64,000 nucleotides of DNA, taken from Candidatus Danuiimicrobium aquiferis. GTDB taxonomy: Bacteria > Omnitrophota > Omnitrophia > Omnitrophales > Danuiimicrobiaceae. The stretch spans positions 34,442 through 98,441 of the forward strand of contig MHFR01000060.1 in NCBI GenBank assembly GCA_001804285.1, in the 5' to 3' direction. Of the stretch, positions 40,415-49,778 are shown piece by piece. The notes under the pieces are model-generated. The model saw only the letters and a list, made by a program, of their open reading frames with translations. It was not told the DNA's origin and did no database searches. Made by a program: the position numbers and the translations under genes. Each line of letters opens with the position of its first letter. The stretch's first letter is position 1.

Positions 40415-40609
40415 TTAGCCCGGATTTCTCATCGCTAATGAGAAATTCCGCTCGTAAGAGCTGCGGTGCAAAGAGGTTATTCATCTTTGCGACACAGGGC
40501 TTATCTTTTGCGCCCTGATTTAACAAGGGCGCAAAACTTTGGGTGCAACTTATTGCGCCCAAAGCGACCTTCTCCATGATTCAAAAAATCGATGAGAAGG
40601 TCGGGTTAG
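40415..40609 (+). mobile_element. TTAG-MITE copy 3 (full length, 195 bp)
   Basis: collinear with 36103-36296; TTAG at both ends. Confidence 0.9.
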
Positions 40610-40622
40610 GACTTTTTTTGAA

Positions 40623-41324
40623 TTATTCGCAGTATAAAATGCGGGAGCAATTTTCGCAGAAAACGACTTTTTCCTTCATTTTGATTTCATTGATGATTTG
40701 CGGACGGATTGTCATTTGGCATTCATTACAAACTTCACCTGTCACTTCAACAAGCGCAACTCCTCTTTTCTTCACAACAATTCTATCGTAGACAGAAGCA
40801 ATTTCCGGATCAACCTGCTTGATTTTTTCATTTCGCTGTTTTGTAAGGACTTCGCTTTGACCTTCAATTGCTTTGGCCTTTTCTTCAAACGTTTTAACCT
40901 TTTGATGTTGCTCAATTTCTGTTGTCTGAAATTTCTTTTTTTGTTCCTCTAATTTTTTCTGAACAGCCTGAACGTCATCCATAAATTGGATAATTTGTTC
41001 TTCGAGCAAGGAATTATCGGCCTTTAAGGAAGCAATTTCATCCTGCAGCGACTTATATTCTTTATTGGTCTTTACCTGGCTGAGTTGCGCATCATATTTC
41101 CTGACATTTTCTTCTTTGCCGGCAAGTTCAACTTCTTTCCCTTTTTGTTTAAGCTGAAGCTTTTTCAACTCATCCTGAAGATTCGTCAAAACATTTTTCT
41201 GTTCAACAATAAAACAGTTAATTGCTTCGATTTGCTCGGGAATAGTATTCTTTTCTTCTTCAAGCGTATAGATCTGCTTATCCCATTCCTGGATTTCTTT
41301 TAAGATTTTCATATCTGGCATCAT
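40623..41324 (-). CDS. coiled-coil C4-type zinc-ribbon protein (DUF164/CT398-like)
   Basis: long coiled coil, KTNKEY..L..EI, CNEC..CENCSRILY. Confidence 0.88.
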   Translation of the reverse strand: MMPDMKILKEIQEWDKQIYTLEEEKNTIPEQIEAINCFIVEQKNVLTNLQDELKKLQLKQKGKEVELAGKEENVRKYDAQLSQVKTNKEYKSLQDEIASLKADNSLLEEQIIQFMDDVQAVQKKLEEQKKKFQTTEIEQHQKVKTFEEKAKAIEGQSEVLTKQRNEKIKQVDPEIASVYDRIVVKKRGVALVEVTGEVCNECQMTIRPQIINEIKMKEKVVFCENCSRILYCE

Positions 41325-41432
41325 AGAATATTAAACAATAAACCCTTTTTGGCATTATCAAATCTACTATCGGTATTCGGCACTAAATAAACGGGGGTAT
41401 TATAGGGAAGCGTGACTGCTGCCGCAAGCCTT

Positions 41433-42038
41433 TTATACAGCCTTCTCAATTTTGGATTCATTTAAAATTGCCCGCCGCTTGCGAAGTTCCATCCCCAAGC
41501 GGGCAAAAGCAATCAGCTCAGGAGTTGAAAGATCCGATTCCCGGATACCGGATTCTGTTTTGGAATTAATCGGCCGCGGATAAAGGGCGGCTGAAAAGCC
41601 CGCATTTGCTTCCCTCTCTTCTTTCACTCGTCGAATGAAAACCGCATTTTCACCTTCTGAGCGAATAAAAGAAAACTCGTGAAGGCTCACCCTGATTAAA
41701 CCAAATGACATCCGGGATAATAAATGAGAGGAAAATCCGTTCGCAAAAACACATAATGCAATATCTTGGATATTCGCATCATTCAATTCTTTGCGTTTCC
41801 CTTCCAATCGTGCCGCACTATTTAAAAACCATTCGAAGGACTCTTCCTCTAACTCTTGCGAATGAATCTGTATTTCCACCAAAGTATGCTCCACCAAAAT
41901 AAACTGGCAAATCGCTCGCTCTCCCTTGGGATGAGAAAGGAATCGTGCAGCCGGAAACATCTTCTGAATGATGGCCGGAAGAATATTAACCAGTGATTCA
42001 CGCGACAATTCGTCGTAAACGGGTTCGTAAATTTTCAT
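41433..42038 (-). CDS. hypothetical protein (third gene of the ParA-CBM48 operon)
   Basis: 201-aa ORF with ATGA overlap. Confidence 0.7.
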   Translation of the reverse strand: MKIYEPVYDELSRESLVNILPAIIQKMFPAARFLSHPKGERAICQFILVEHTLVEIQIHSQELEEESFEWFLNSAARLEGKRKELNDANIQDIALCVFANGFSSHLLSRMSFGLIRVSLHEFSFIRSEGENAVFIRRVKEEREANAGFSAALYPRPINSKTESGIRESDLSTPELIAFARLGMELRKRRAILNESKIEKAV

Positions 42039-42904
42039 GAAATTAAATGCAGCTCCTCACACAGTTCAATTTTGGCTGATGAATTTAATATCATAGATTC
42101 CGGCTGCATCAGAATTTCAGGATTCAAGCGATACCGGTCATCTTCTCCCCAACCCATCAGATTTAAATCACAGCCAATGTATTGTGATACAATTTGGCAA
42201 AATTGTTCATAAACAAACTCGCACAAAGATTCGGCACCGGCCCCTTTTACCACCATCATAAAACGCAAGTTTTTTTTATGCGAAGCATGTAATCGCATCG
42301 CCTGATAAGCTTTAAGGACTCCCTCTAGATTAGGCGGAACAACCAAGATAATACAATCTAAAACATCGAGGATTTCCATTCCGAACCGGCAATCAGCCAA
42401 TGTTAAATAAGAAGAGTCAAACAAAACCAGATTAGACTGCGTAAGAGATCCGTTCAAACCCCTCTTAATTGGTTTTAAATCGATGATATCACCAAATTTG
42501 ACGGCAGGAATATAGGTAAACTTCACCGACCGGTCAAGTTGTTGAAATTGAACTAAATCATCCGAAACGATTTGTTCCCATCTGGGCAGCGGCAAAAAGG
42601 AAGCAAATATTTCATACCGTTCGTGGTTCGGAGCAACGGAAACAAAATACGTTTCCTGAAAAGATGTGCTGATCGATTCGAGCAACTTCATTTCCTCCAG
42701 AATCGTTAATTCTTCTTCCACAGATAAGAGAGTCGCGCAAACAACACCCCTGTGAATTTCTGCATCATGATAGACTTCGTTGTGGTGCTCAAATTCATGA
42801 GGAGGCGCAATCGACACAATCCGATTCGCATACCCTTTCCCAGGCATCTCAAAAAGCGGCGATAAATCAGCAAGTCCCTGTTTCAGCTTCTTTTCAACCT
42901 TCAT
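42035..42904 (-). CDS. degenerate MinD/FlhG-like protein
   Basis: LVLFD..LDCIILVVPP....LKAYQAMR..F..IVSQYIG.DL.LMG resembles the FlhG C-terminal half; no Walker A. Confidence 0.55.
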   Translation of the reverse strand: MKVEKKLKQGLADLSPLFEMPGKGYANRIVSIAPPHEFEHHNEVYHDAEIHRGVVCATLLSVEEELTILEEMKLLESISTSFQETYFVSVAPNHERYEIFASFLPLPRWEQIVSDDLVQFQQLDRSVKFTYIPAVKFGDIIDLKPIKRGLNGSLTQSNLVLFDSSYLTLADCRFGMEILDVLDCIILVVPPNLEGVLKAYQAMRLHASHKKNLRFMMVVKGAGAESLCEFVYEQFCQIVSQYIGCDLNLMGWGEDDRYRLNPEILMQPESMILNSSAKIELCEELHLIS

Positions 42905-44198
42905 GTAAGTTACTTTCAATCTCCACCATAATAAGCGAATCAACCCCACCATACTGATTCGCGCTGTTGTACCCGTTGGCAGGATCTGTTTTCCATTCGT
43001 CATCAACCAAAAGTTTATACCTGTGCAACCCTTTGCCGATCGGAATGATTTTCCGCCACAATCCTTTCTCCGCATCTACAAGGTGGAGCGGTTCTGCTAC
43101 CCATCGGTTGAAATCCCCCGCAATCATGACGGAGCGAACTGCCTGATTTAAATAAGAGAATAAAAAACCACCTAAAACGGCGCGCGGTTTTAATTCTTCG
43201 GGATCCATCGCGGGCACTTGAATTTGTTCTATTTGAATAGTGGCAATCGTCGACGCGGGATGAGTCTCAACCGCGGCTTGCGTTTGAACCGTAGGGGACT
43301 GAGTAGAATCGATATGAATGGCCTCTTGTTTATCGTTTCCCGAAGTCACAGAATTTTCCGTTTCGTCTTGATGGCTCTTTCCATCAGAAACGCTTGCCCC
43401 ATCCACCTTTGGCGAAACTTTCGAACCGCCACTTGCCCAAATTAATCCGCGTTCGATCACTTCGATAGCCAGCCCCATGTAATTTCGGAAACCACTCGAT
43501 TCCCGGTCAAAAGCAACAATACTTTGCCCGGCCGCAGCAGCTTCTTTTAATCTGATATTTTCATCAATGATATTAATAAAGATCTGATCGTGAAAATATT
43601 TCCGAACTTCTTCTTTGATTTCCCGTCCGAGCCGGCTCCGGTCTTCCCATCGGGTTAAGAGCGCATGAATCCTGAGTTCTTTGCCAAATTCTTTTTTAAA
43701 CGAATCAATGGTTTCAAAAATTTTTGCAAGTCCATGAAGTGAAAAAAAGGACGGTTCAATCGGAATAATCACCTCTTCAGCGGCATAAAGCGCATTGAAT
43801 GTCAAAAATCCAAGATTTGGCGGGCAATCAATAATAACATATTCGTACCGGTCTGAAATGGCGTCCAACTGGCGTGCCAAGCAACTGTGCGGAACAGTTT
43901 CGCAAACAAATTCACGTTCAACACGGCCTAACTTGATCGTTGAGGGAATCATATCCAAGTGATCATTAACAAAAACACCTAAGTCAGCAGCGCTGATTTC
44001 CTGGCTCTGGAAGAGATCATACGACGTATAAGGAAGAAATTCGGCTTTAATGCCAAGCCCGCAGGCACAATGTCCTTGAGGATCTAAATCCATTAACAAA
44101 ACTTTTTTACGAAGGAAAGCTAAGCTTGCGGATAAATTGATAGCGGTAGTCGTTTTTCCACAACCCCCTTTTTGATTTGCAATTGCAACAATTCGCAC
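42894..44198 (-). CDS. ParA/Soj-family ATPase fused to C-terminal CBM48 (AMPK-beta-like glycogen-binding domain)
   Basis: NQKGGCGKTT, DLDPQG, DCPP; C-terminal IAGDFNRW..YKLLVDDEW.TDP.N..NQYGG.DS. Confidence 0.88.
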   Translation of the reverse strand: MRIVAIANQKGGCGKTTTAINLSASLAFLRKKVLLMDLDPQGHCACGLGIKAEFLPYTSYDLFQSQEISAADLGVFVNDHLDMIPSTIKLGRVEREFVCETVPHSCLARQLDAISDRYEYVIIDCPPNLGFLTFNALYAAEEVIIPIEPSFFSLHGLAKIFETIDSFKKEFGKELRIHALLTRWEDRSRLGREIKEEVRKYFHDQIFINIIDENIRLKEAAAAGQSIVAFDRESSGFRNYMGLAIEVIERGLIWASGGSKVSPKVDGASVSDGKSHQDETENSVTSGNDKQEAIHIDSTQSPTVQTQAAVETHPASTIATIQIEQIQVPAMDPEELKPRAVLGGFLFSYLNQAVRSVMIAGDFNRWVAEPLHLVDAEKGLWRKIIPIGKGLHRYKLLVDDEWKTDPANGYNSANQYGGVDSLIMVEIESNLHEG

Positions 44199-44472
44199 GG
44201 GGTTTTAACCTCCCCTTTTCGTTTTACGCGAACGTTCTTACACGCAATCAATTCTATGGCTTGAATTCTGTGGACGCTATCGTTCGGAATTTAACAAAAG
44301 AACTATAGCTCAATCACAAAAGTTGTAAAAAATATATTTTTTTATGAATAATGACAAAAAAATCACTTCATTCTCAGGAAAATCCCTTTCCAAAAAAGAA
44401 ATTCTATAGATAGACCTTTGAATCTTATATCGGCAATCGGGGAACAATCTTAAGCTGTTGCATGCTTTTGGT

Positions 44473-44545
44473 TTAGCTCGGATTTCTCATTGCTAATCCG
44501 GTTTTCTCATCGTTTTTTTCAATCGATGATAAGGGCGCGTGTTAG
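44473..44545 (+). mobile_element. TTAG-MITE copy 4 (degenerate, internally deleted)
   Basis: ttagctcggatttctcattgctaat...aatcgatgataaggg..gttag. Confidence 0.65.
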
Positions 44546-44581
44546 ATGAGAAACTATCTATGGGGAGAGGCCCCAGCTGAA

Positions 44582-45526
44582 TTACACGCGCACTAAATTC
44601 TCAACATTCGCTACCCCAACCACCTCGCGGGAAGGGTTAATCACAATAGCGTAAGATGCGTGTTTCGATTGCAGGAGATAGAGTGCTTTTTCGGAAGACG
44701 TGTCATGCCGGATAAAAAGCGGGGCTCGTAGATATTGGGAGAGAGGAAGATCTCCGTCACTTTCGAACAAAATATCAAAAACATAAATAATGCCCACCAC
44801 AATTGATGGAATTTCTTCGTAAACTAAAATGGCTTTTGTTTTCCGATCCTTTGCAATCTTTTTGACCTCTTTAATCTTGCAAGTAAGCGGAACTTGAGGA
44901 AAACGCGAGAGTGGAATCATGACTTCTTCCACACGATTTGACCGCAGATTTAAAATAGTATCAATCATTTTCTGCTCGTGCTGGTGAAGCACACCCTGTT
45001 TTGCGCTTTCTTTCACGACATATGAAAACTCCTCGCGAGTTACAAAAGGATTCGGTTTAAACGCTGAACCCGTAAATCCAATTAATTGATCGATGATTTT
45101 AATAAATACGACTGAAATCCAGCCCAAGAGGCGATCAATCACTGTCATTAACGGCGCTAAACGATAAATGAAGTCATCGGCACGTTGGCGGAACCAATCT
45201 TTCGGAACGGTTTCCGCAAAAATGATGATAAATGGCGCAATAATAGCCACGATAACCCACTCATTTGTGATATGCATCTTTTCGCCCAATAAATAAGTCG
45301 CAAGAGACGTCATCGAAACATGGGTCAAATTATTTCCGATCAGAACAGTTGTCAAAAAACGCTTCGGCTCACGGTGAAATGCCATCGCCAATATGCCATT
45401 TTTATTTCCCTCATCGGCCAAATGGCGAAGTTTGAGCTTATTGCAAGACAAATAAGCCATTTCCATTCCGGCGAAAATAACCGAAAGCGCAAAGCTCAGT
45501 CCGATTAAAAATAAAATAATGATCAT
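44582..45526 (-). CDS. CNNM/DUF21-CBS protein (short)
   Basis: FAGMEMAYLS, TTVLIGNN, FAETVPK, CBS pair; start uncertain (45526 or 45538). Confidence 0.85.
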   Translation of the reverse strand: MIIILFLIGLSFALSVIFAGMEMAYLSCNKLKLRHLADEGNKNGILAMAFHREPKRFLTTVLIGNNLTHVSMTSLATYLLGEKMHITNEWVIVAIIAPFIIIFAETVPKDWFRQRADDFIYRLAPLMTVIDRLLGWISVVFIKIIDQLIGFTGSAFKPNPFVTREEFSYVVKESAKQGVLHQHEQKMIDTILNLRSNRVEEVMIPLSRFPQVPLTCKIKEVKKIAKDRKTKAILVYEEIPSIVVGIIYVFDILFESDGDLPLSQYLRAPLFIRHDTSSEKALYLLQSKHASYAIVINPSREVVGVANVENLVRV

Positions 45527-46758
45527 GGTTTCTGCCAAATTTCAATTTTTTTGATTCTTTGTCGATGAACTTCTCTGACATAAAATTCATTTGCATCGTC
45601 TGAAAATAATTCACCCGTTTTAGGAATTCGTCCAAGCTTTTCAAGAAGCCAACCGCCTAATGTTTCACTGGTCTCGGAGGTTAAATGCAAACCCAATTTT
45701 TCTTCCAGCTCATGGAGTCCAGCTTTCCCCAGAACCATATACCGGCCAACACCTGTTTCCCGGATCATCGGCTCCTCCTTAGAATATTCATCGTAAAACT
45801 CTCCAAAAATTTCTTCTAAAACATCTTCAAGAGTGACGATCCCGGCCGTTCCGCCATATTCATCCACACAAATCGCGCAACGATATTGCTGTTTTTGTAA
45901 TTCTAAAAGCAATTCGTCAACCGGTTTCGTCTCCGGAACATAAAATGGAGTCATTATATGTTCTTGGACCTTTTTCGTTTCATCAAGCATAAATTCTTGC
46001 GACCAAATTACTCCCAACAAATGATCCAGCGATTTCTCGTAGACAGGGATATAACTGTAATGGCTCTGTTTGATCAATTCCGCAAGACTTTCCGGAGAGT
46101 CTTCAACATCAAAAGCGATTAAATCGGGCCGCGGCGTCATGATCTCGCGAACAATGCGGTCGCTCAAACTGATCAATTTATGGATCATTCCGCTTTCCTC
46201 ATCCTTGAGGACCCCTTCTTCCTCACCGATTCGAACCAAAGCTTTGAGCTCATCTTCAGAAATCATGTCCGGATGCAATCTTTTCCCTTTAACTAAAATC
46301 CGCAGGATAAAATCAGAAATCAAACGGATGAGTTTTCGTATGGGAAATAAAATACGTGCAATCAAATCGAGAGGAATACATGTGATTGTCGCGGTCCAAA
46401 CATTTTGCTGAACTGCAAAGACTTTCGGGGTCAACTCACCAAACAACACCAAGACAACCGTAAACCCGGCGATGGTCCAACCAACCCCTCCAAATCCAAA
46501 TAGTTTTATTGAAATCAATGTCACAATCGCCACCATCAAGGTATTCACAGCCATATTTCCTATCAAAATGGTGATCAACGTTCGGCGCGGACTTTCGAGC
46601 AGCCGTTCAACGATTTTCCAGATTAACGGATGTCCGCTTTGCAAACGGCGCTTCTCAATTTTAGAAAGAGAAAAAATAGCCGCTTCTGATCCCGAAAAAA
46701 ACGCGGACATCAATAAAAGTAATATAAGAAGCGCGAAATGAGACATTAATGTCGGCAT
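45523..46758 (-). CDS. CNNM/DUF21-CBS-CorC (hemolysin-family) protein
   Basis: FFSGSEAA, GELTPK, IMTPR, DEYGGTAGIVTLED. Confidence 0.92.
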   Translation of the reverse strand: MPTLMSHFALLILLLLMSAFFSGSEAAIFSLSKIEKRRLQSGHPLIWKIVERLLESPRRTLITILIGNMAVNTLMVAIVTLISIKLFGFGGVGWTIAGFTVVLVLFGELTPKVFAVQQNVWTATITCIPLDLIARILFPIRKLIRLISDFILRILVKGKRLHPDMISEDELKALVRIGEEEGVLKDEESGMIHKLISLSDRIVREIMTPRPDLIAFDVEDSPESLAELIKQSHYSYIPVYEKSLDHLLGVIWSQEFMLDETKKVQEHIMTPFYVPETKPVDELLLELQKQQYRCAICVDEYGGTAGIVTLEDVLEEIFGEFYDEYSKEEPMIRETGVGRYMVLGKAGLHELEEKLGLHLTSETSETLGGWLLEKLGRIPKTGELFSDDANEFYVREVHRQRIKKIEIWQKP

Positions 46759-46761
46759 CGG

Positions 46762-47334
46762 TCAAGCCTCGTAAAGTTTTTGTTTCACGATATAATCCAA
46801 GACGGGCTTCGTGATATGCAAATCATCTATCTTTTTTTTCTTAATCCTGTTTCGAATGTGTGTTGAAGAAATTTTCAGCGGAATGAAATCCAAATATTCA
46901 ACCTCTCGCGGCATTTGCTTCGTTTCATATCCCGGCCGCTTCGCCACCACAAAGTGGCATAACTTGAAAATCGTTTCGATTTCTTTCCATTTTTCAAGCC
47001 GTTGCCCCCAATCACCGCCCGTCACAAAATAAAGTTCGTGAGACGGTGGATATTGTTCCCGGAAATAACGGACCGTATCTACCGTATAGGACACGCCTCC
47101 GCGTTTAATTTCACAATCAGAGATTTTAAATCGGGGTTCTCCGCTAATACATAGTTCGATCATCGCAATGCGTTGTTTATCAGAAGTTAAATTTCCGCAA
47201 TCTTTGAGAGGAGGATTTAAAGCCGGAACAAAATAAAGGAAATCTAATTTTAGAAGCTCGAGGGCCGAACGCGCAAGCGCCAAATGTCCTTTATGAATCG
47301 GATCAAACGTCCCTCCCAAGATTCCTATCTTCAT
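46762..47334 (-). CDS. nadD: nicotinate-nucleotide adenylyltransferase
   Basis: GGTFDPIHKGH, SYTVDT, ISSTHIR. Confidence 0.95.
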   Translation of the reverse strand: MKIGILGGTFDPIHKGHLALARSALELLKLDFLYFVPALNPPLKDCGNLTSDKQRIAMIELCISGEPRFKISDCEIKRGGVSYTVDTVRYFREQYPPSHELYFVTGGDWGQRLEKWKEIETIFKLCHFVVAKRPGYETKQMPREVEYLDFIPLKISSTHIRNRIKKKKIDDLHITKPVLDYIVKQKLYEA

Positions 47335-47357
47335 ATCACCACGGTTTTTTCAATTGG

Positions 47358-48614
47358 TTATGTTCGTACCTGGCCATTCCCGCGAACAACATACTTATAA
47401 GACATCAACCCTTCAAGCCCCATCGGACCGCGTGCATGAACCTTGTCCGTCGAGATTCCGATTTCCGCGCCAAAACCATATTCGTTTCCATCGGAAAATC
47501 TGGTTGAAGCATTGACCATCACCGACGAAGAATCCACTTTCAAGACGAATGTCTCTGCTGCCATTCGATTTCGAGTGACAATCGCATCGGTATGAGCGGA
47601 TCCGTACTTTGTAATGTGGTCTATCGCTTCCTCCATATTCTTGACAACGCGAATAGAAAGAATAAGATCCAGATATTCCGTTGCCCAATCTTTTTCGGTT
47701 ACTTTCGAAGCCCACGGAATGTATTTTCGCGTTAAAGCGTCTCCGCGAACCTCACACTTTGCATTCCGGTAAATTCGTCCCAAATCCGGAAGCACTTTTT
47801 CCGCAATGTCGCGATGGACGAGCAAAGTCTCCATGGCATTACAAACACCCGGCCGCTGGCATTTGGCGTTATATGCAATTTTTTTCGCCATCTCCAAATC
47901 GGCTTCCCGATCAATATAAACGTGGCAAATCCCCTTATAGTGCTTTACAACAGGAATCCGGGAATTTTCAGCAACCCGGCGAATGAGCGCCTCTCCGCCT
48001 CTTGGAATCACAAGATTAATCAACTCGTCGAGTTGAAGCAACTCGTCAATTGCATTGCGATCTGAAGTTTGAATGAGTGAAACAACCGAAGCCTTGATTC
48101 CACAGGAACGAAGCGCTTTTTCATAAACACGAACAATCGCAAGGTTTGAATGGAACGACTCCTTCCCGCCCCGCAAAATCACGGCATTTCCGCTTTTTAA
48201 ACACAACGAAGCGCATTCCGAAGTCACATTCGGACGGGATTCGTAAATAATCAAGATCACGCCGAGAGGAACCGAAACCTTACTGATCCGAAGTCCGTTC
48301 GGCCTTTTCCACGCAGCCAATTCCCTGCCCACAGGATCCGAGAGTTTCTCGACCTCCAACACGGCTTTCGCCATATGTTTAATTCGATCCGGCGTAAGCG
48401 TCAACCGATCCATAGCCGCATCAGTCAAACGCCTCGCGCGCGCCATCGCAAGGTCTTTTTGATTTGCCCGTACAATCGCTTGGGATTGCTTGAGCATTTC
48501 CTTCGCCACTTTGCTAAGAATTTTGTTTTTCTGCTTGGCCGCAAGTTCCGCAGCAACCCGGGAGGCTCCCTTCGCCGCTTGCGCACACCGAATCATTTCA
48601 TTTCTAAGACCCAT
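47358..48614 (-). CDS. proA: gamma-glutamyl phosphate reductase
   Basis: IYESRPNVT, CNAMETLL, NASTRFSDG, HARGPMGL. Confidence 0.97.
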   Translation of the reverse strand: MGLRNEMIRCAQAAKGASRVAAELAAKQKNKILSKVAKEMLKQSQAIVRANQKDLAMARARRLTDAAMDRLTLTPDRIKHMAKAVLEVEKLSDPVGRELAAWKRPNGLRISKVSVPLGVILIIYESRPNVTSECASLCLKSGNAVILRGGKESFHSNLAIVRVYEKALRSCGIKASVVSLIQTSDRNAIDELLQLDELINLVIPRGGEALIRRVAENSRIPVVKHYKGICHVYIDREADLEMAKKIAYNAKCQRPGVCNAMETLLVHRDIAEKVLPDLGRIYRNAKCEVRGDALTRKYIPWASKVTEKDWATEYLDLILSIRVVKNMEEAIDHITKYGSAHTDAIVTRNRMAAETFVLKVDSSSVMVNASTRFSDGNEYGFGAEIGISTDKVHARGPMGLEGLMSYKYVVRGNGQVRT

Positions 48615-48628
48615 CTTTCACTTCTCCT

Positions 48629-48669
48629 CTAACCCGACTTTCTCATTAACGATGAGAAGTCCGGGCTAA
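48629..48669 (-). mobile_element. TTAG-MITE copy 5 (41-bp ends-only derivative)
   Basis: ctaa-cccgactttctcattaacgatgagaagtccggg-ctaa. Confidence 0.8.
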
Positions 48670-49778
48670 ATGCTCAAAACCGCAAGATTATCACGGTGGA
48701 TCAGCTCATCCGTCCGTTTATAGCCTAACGAGTCCACTACTTGACTCGTTTTACGGCCTTTGATTTTGTTCACTTCTTCGCGCGAATAATTAATCAATCC
48801 GGTCGCAAAGACTTCCCCTTTTTGGTTGACTAACTCAACACGATCACCCACTTCAAACCCCCCCGAGCAAGAAACAACGCCGCCCGGCAATAAACTTTTT
48901 TTTGATTTCACAAGCGCCTGATATGCTCCATCATCAACAAAAACCTTTCCTTTCACGGATGCTGAATGCGCAAGCCATTTTTTCCGCGCGCTTGTCTTGC
49001 TGACTGTCGGATGAAAGAGCGAGCCAACTTCTTCGCCCTTGACTATTTTCTCAAAAACCTCTTCATCACGCCCGTTTGTCAGTACGATCGGAATTCCGGA
49101 TGTCATCGCCACTTTTGCAGCATTAAGTTTTGTTTTCATTCCCCCAGCCGTTTTTTCATTTTTCTTCACATAAATATGGGACATGTATTCTTTAAGCTCC
49201 TCAAGGGAATAAATATGTCTGACAAGCATCTTGTCTTTCGTATAAAAACCTTCGATATCACTTAGAAAAATCAATAAATCTGCTTCCACCATGTTGGCAA
49301 CTTGGGCCCCGAGCGTATCATTATCACCAAATTTAATTTCTTCCGTCGCCACGGTATCATTTTCATTGACAATGGGAACCGCTCCCATTTTCAAAAGCGC
49401 GTTGATTGTATTTTTGGCGTTTACGTATCGTTCGCGATTCTCCAGGCCGTCACGAGTCAATAAAATTTGTGCTGAATGATAACCTCGAGTGGAAAACGCG
49501 GTTTCATAGGCTTTCATCAATTTCCCCTGCCCAATCGCTGCACACGCCTGAAGGCCCGGAAGTGCTTTCGGCCGTTTTTCGAAATTCATCGTCTCCATTC
49601 CGAGCGCAATCGCACCTGAACTTACTAAAATAACTTCATAGCCTTTTTCAAGCAGGGCTACCAATTGATTAACAATTCTTTCAAGAACCGGAACCGAAAA
49701 ATCTCCGGATTCATCCGTTAAAATACTTGTGCCCAGCTTGATTACCCATCGTTTACTCCGAGGTGATTCGCCCTTCAT
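48666..49778 (-). CDS. proB: glutamate 5-kinase
   Basis: VIKLGT, VSSGA, NENDTV, GDND, PUA domain. Confidence 0.97.
   Translation of the reverse strand: MKGESPRSKRWVIKLGTSILTDESGDFSVPVLERIVNQLVALLEKGYEVILVSSGAIALGMETMNFEKRPKALPGLQACAAIGQGKLMKAYETAFSTRGYHSAQILLTRDGLENRERYVNAKNTINALLKMGAVPIVNENDTVATEEIKFGDNDTLGAQVANMVEADLLIFLSDIEGFYTKDKMLVRHIYSLEELKEYMSHIYVKKNEKTAGGMKTKLNAAKVAMTSGIPIVLTNGRDEEVFEKIVKGEEVGSLFHPTVSKTSARKKWLAHSASVKGKVFVDDGAYQALVKSKKSLLPGGVVSCSGGFEVGDRVELVNQKGEVFATGLINYSREEVNKIKGRKTSQVVDSLGYKRTDELIHRDNLAVLSI

Noticed and set aside
44582-46758. Tandem CNNM/hemolysin genes as a virulence locus
   Set aside because: These are CorB/CNNM-type Mg2+ homeostasis proteins; tandem pairs are ordinary
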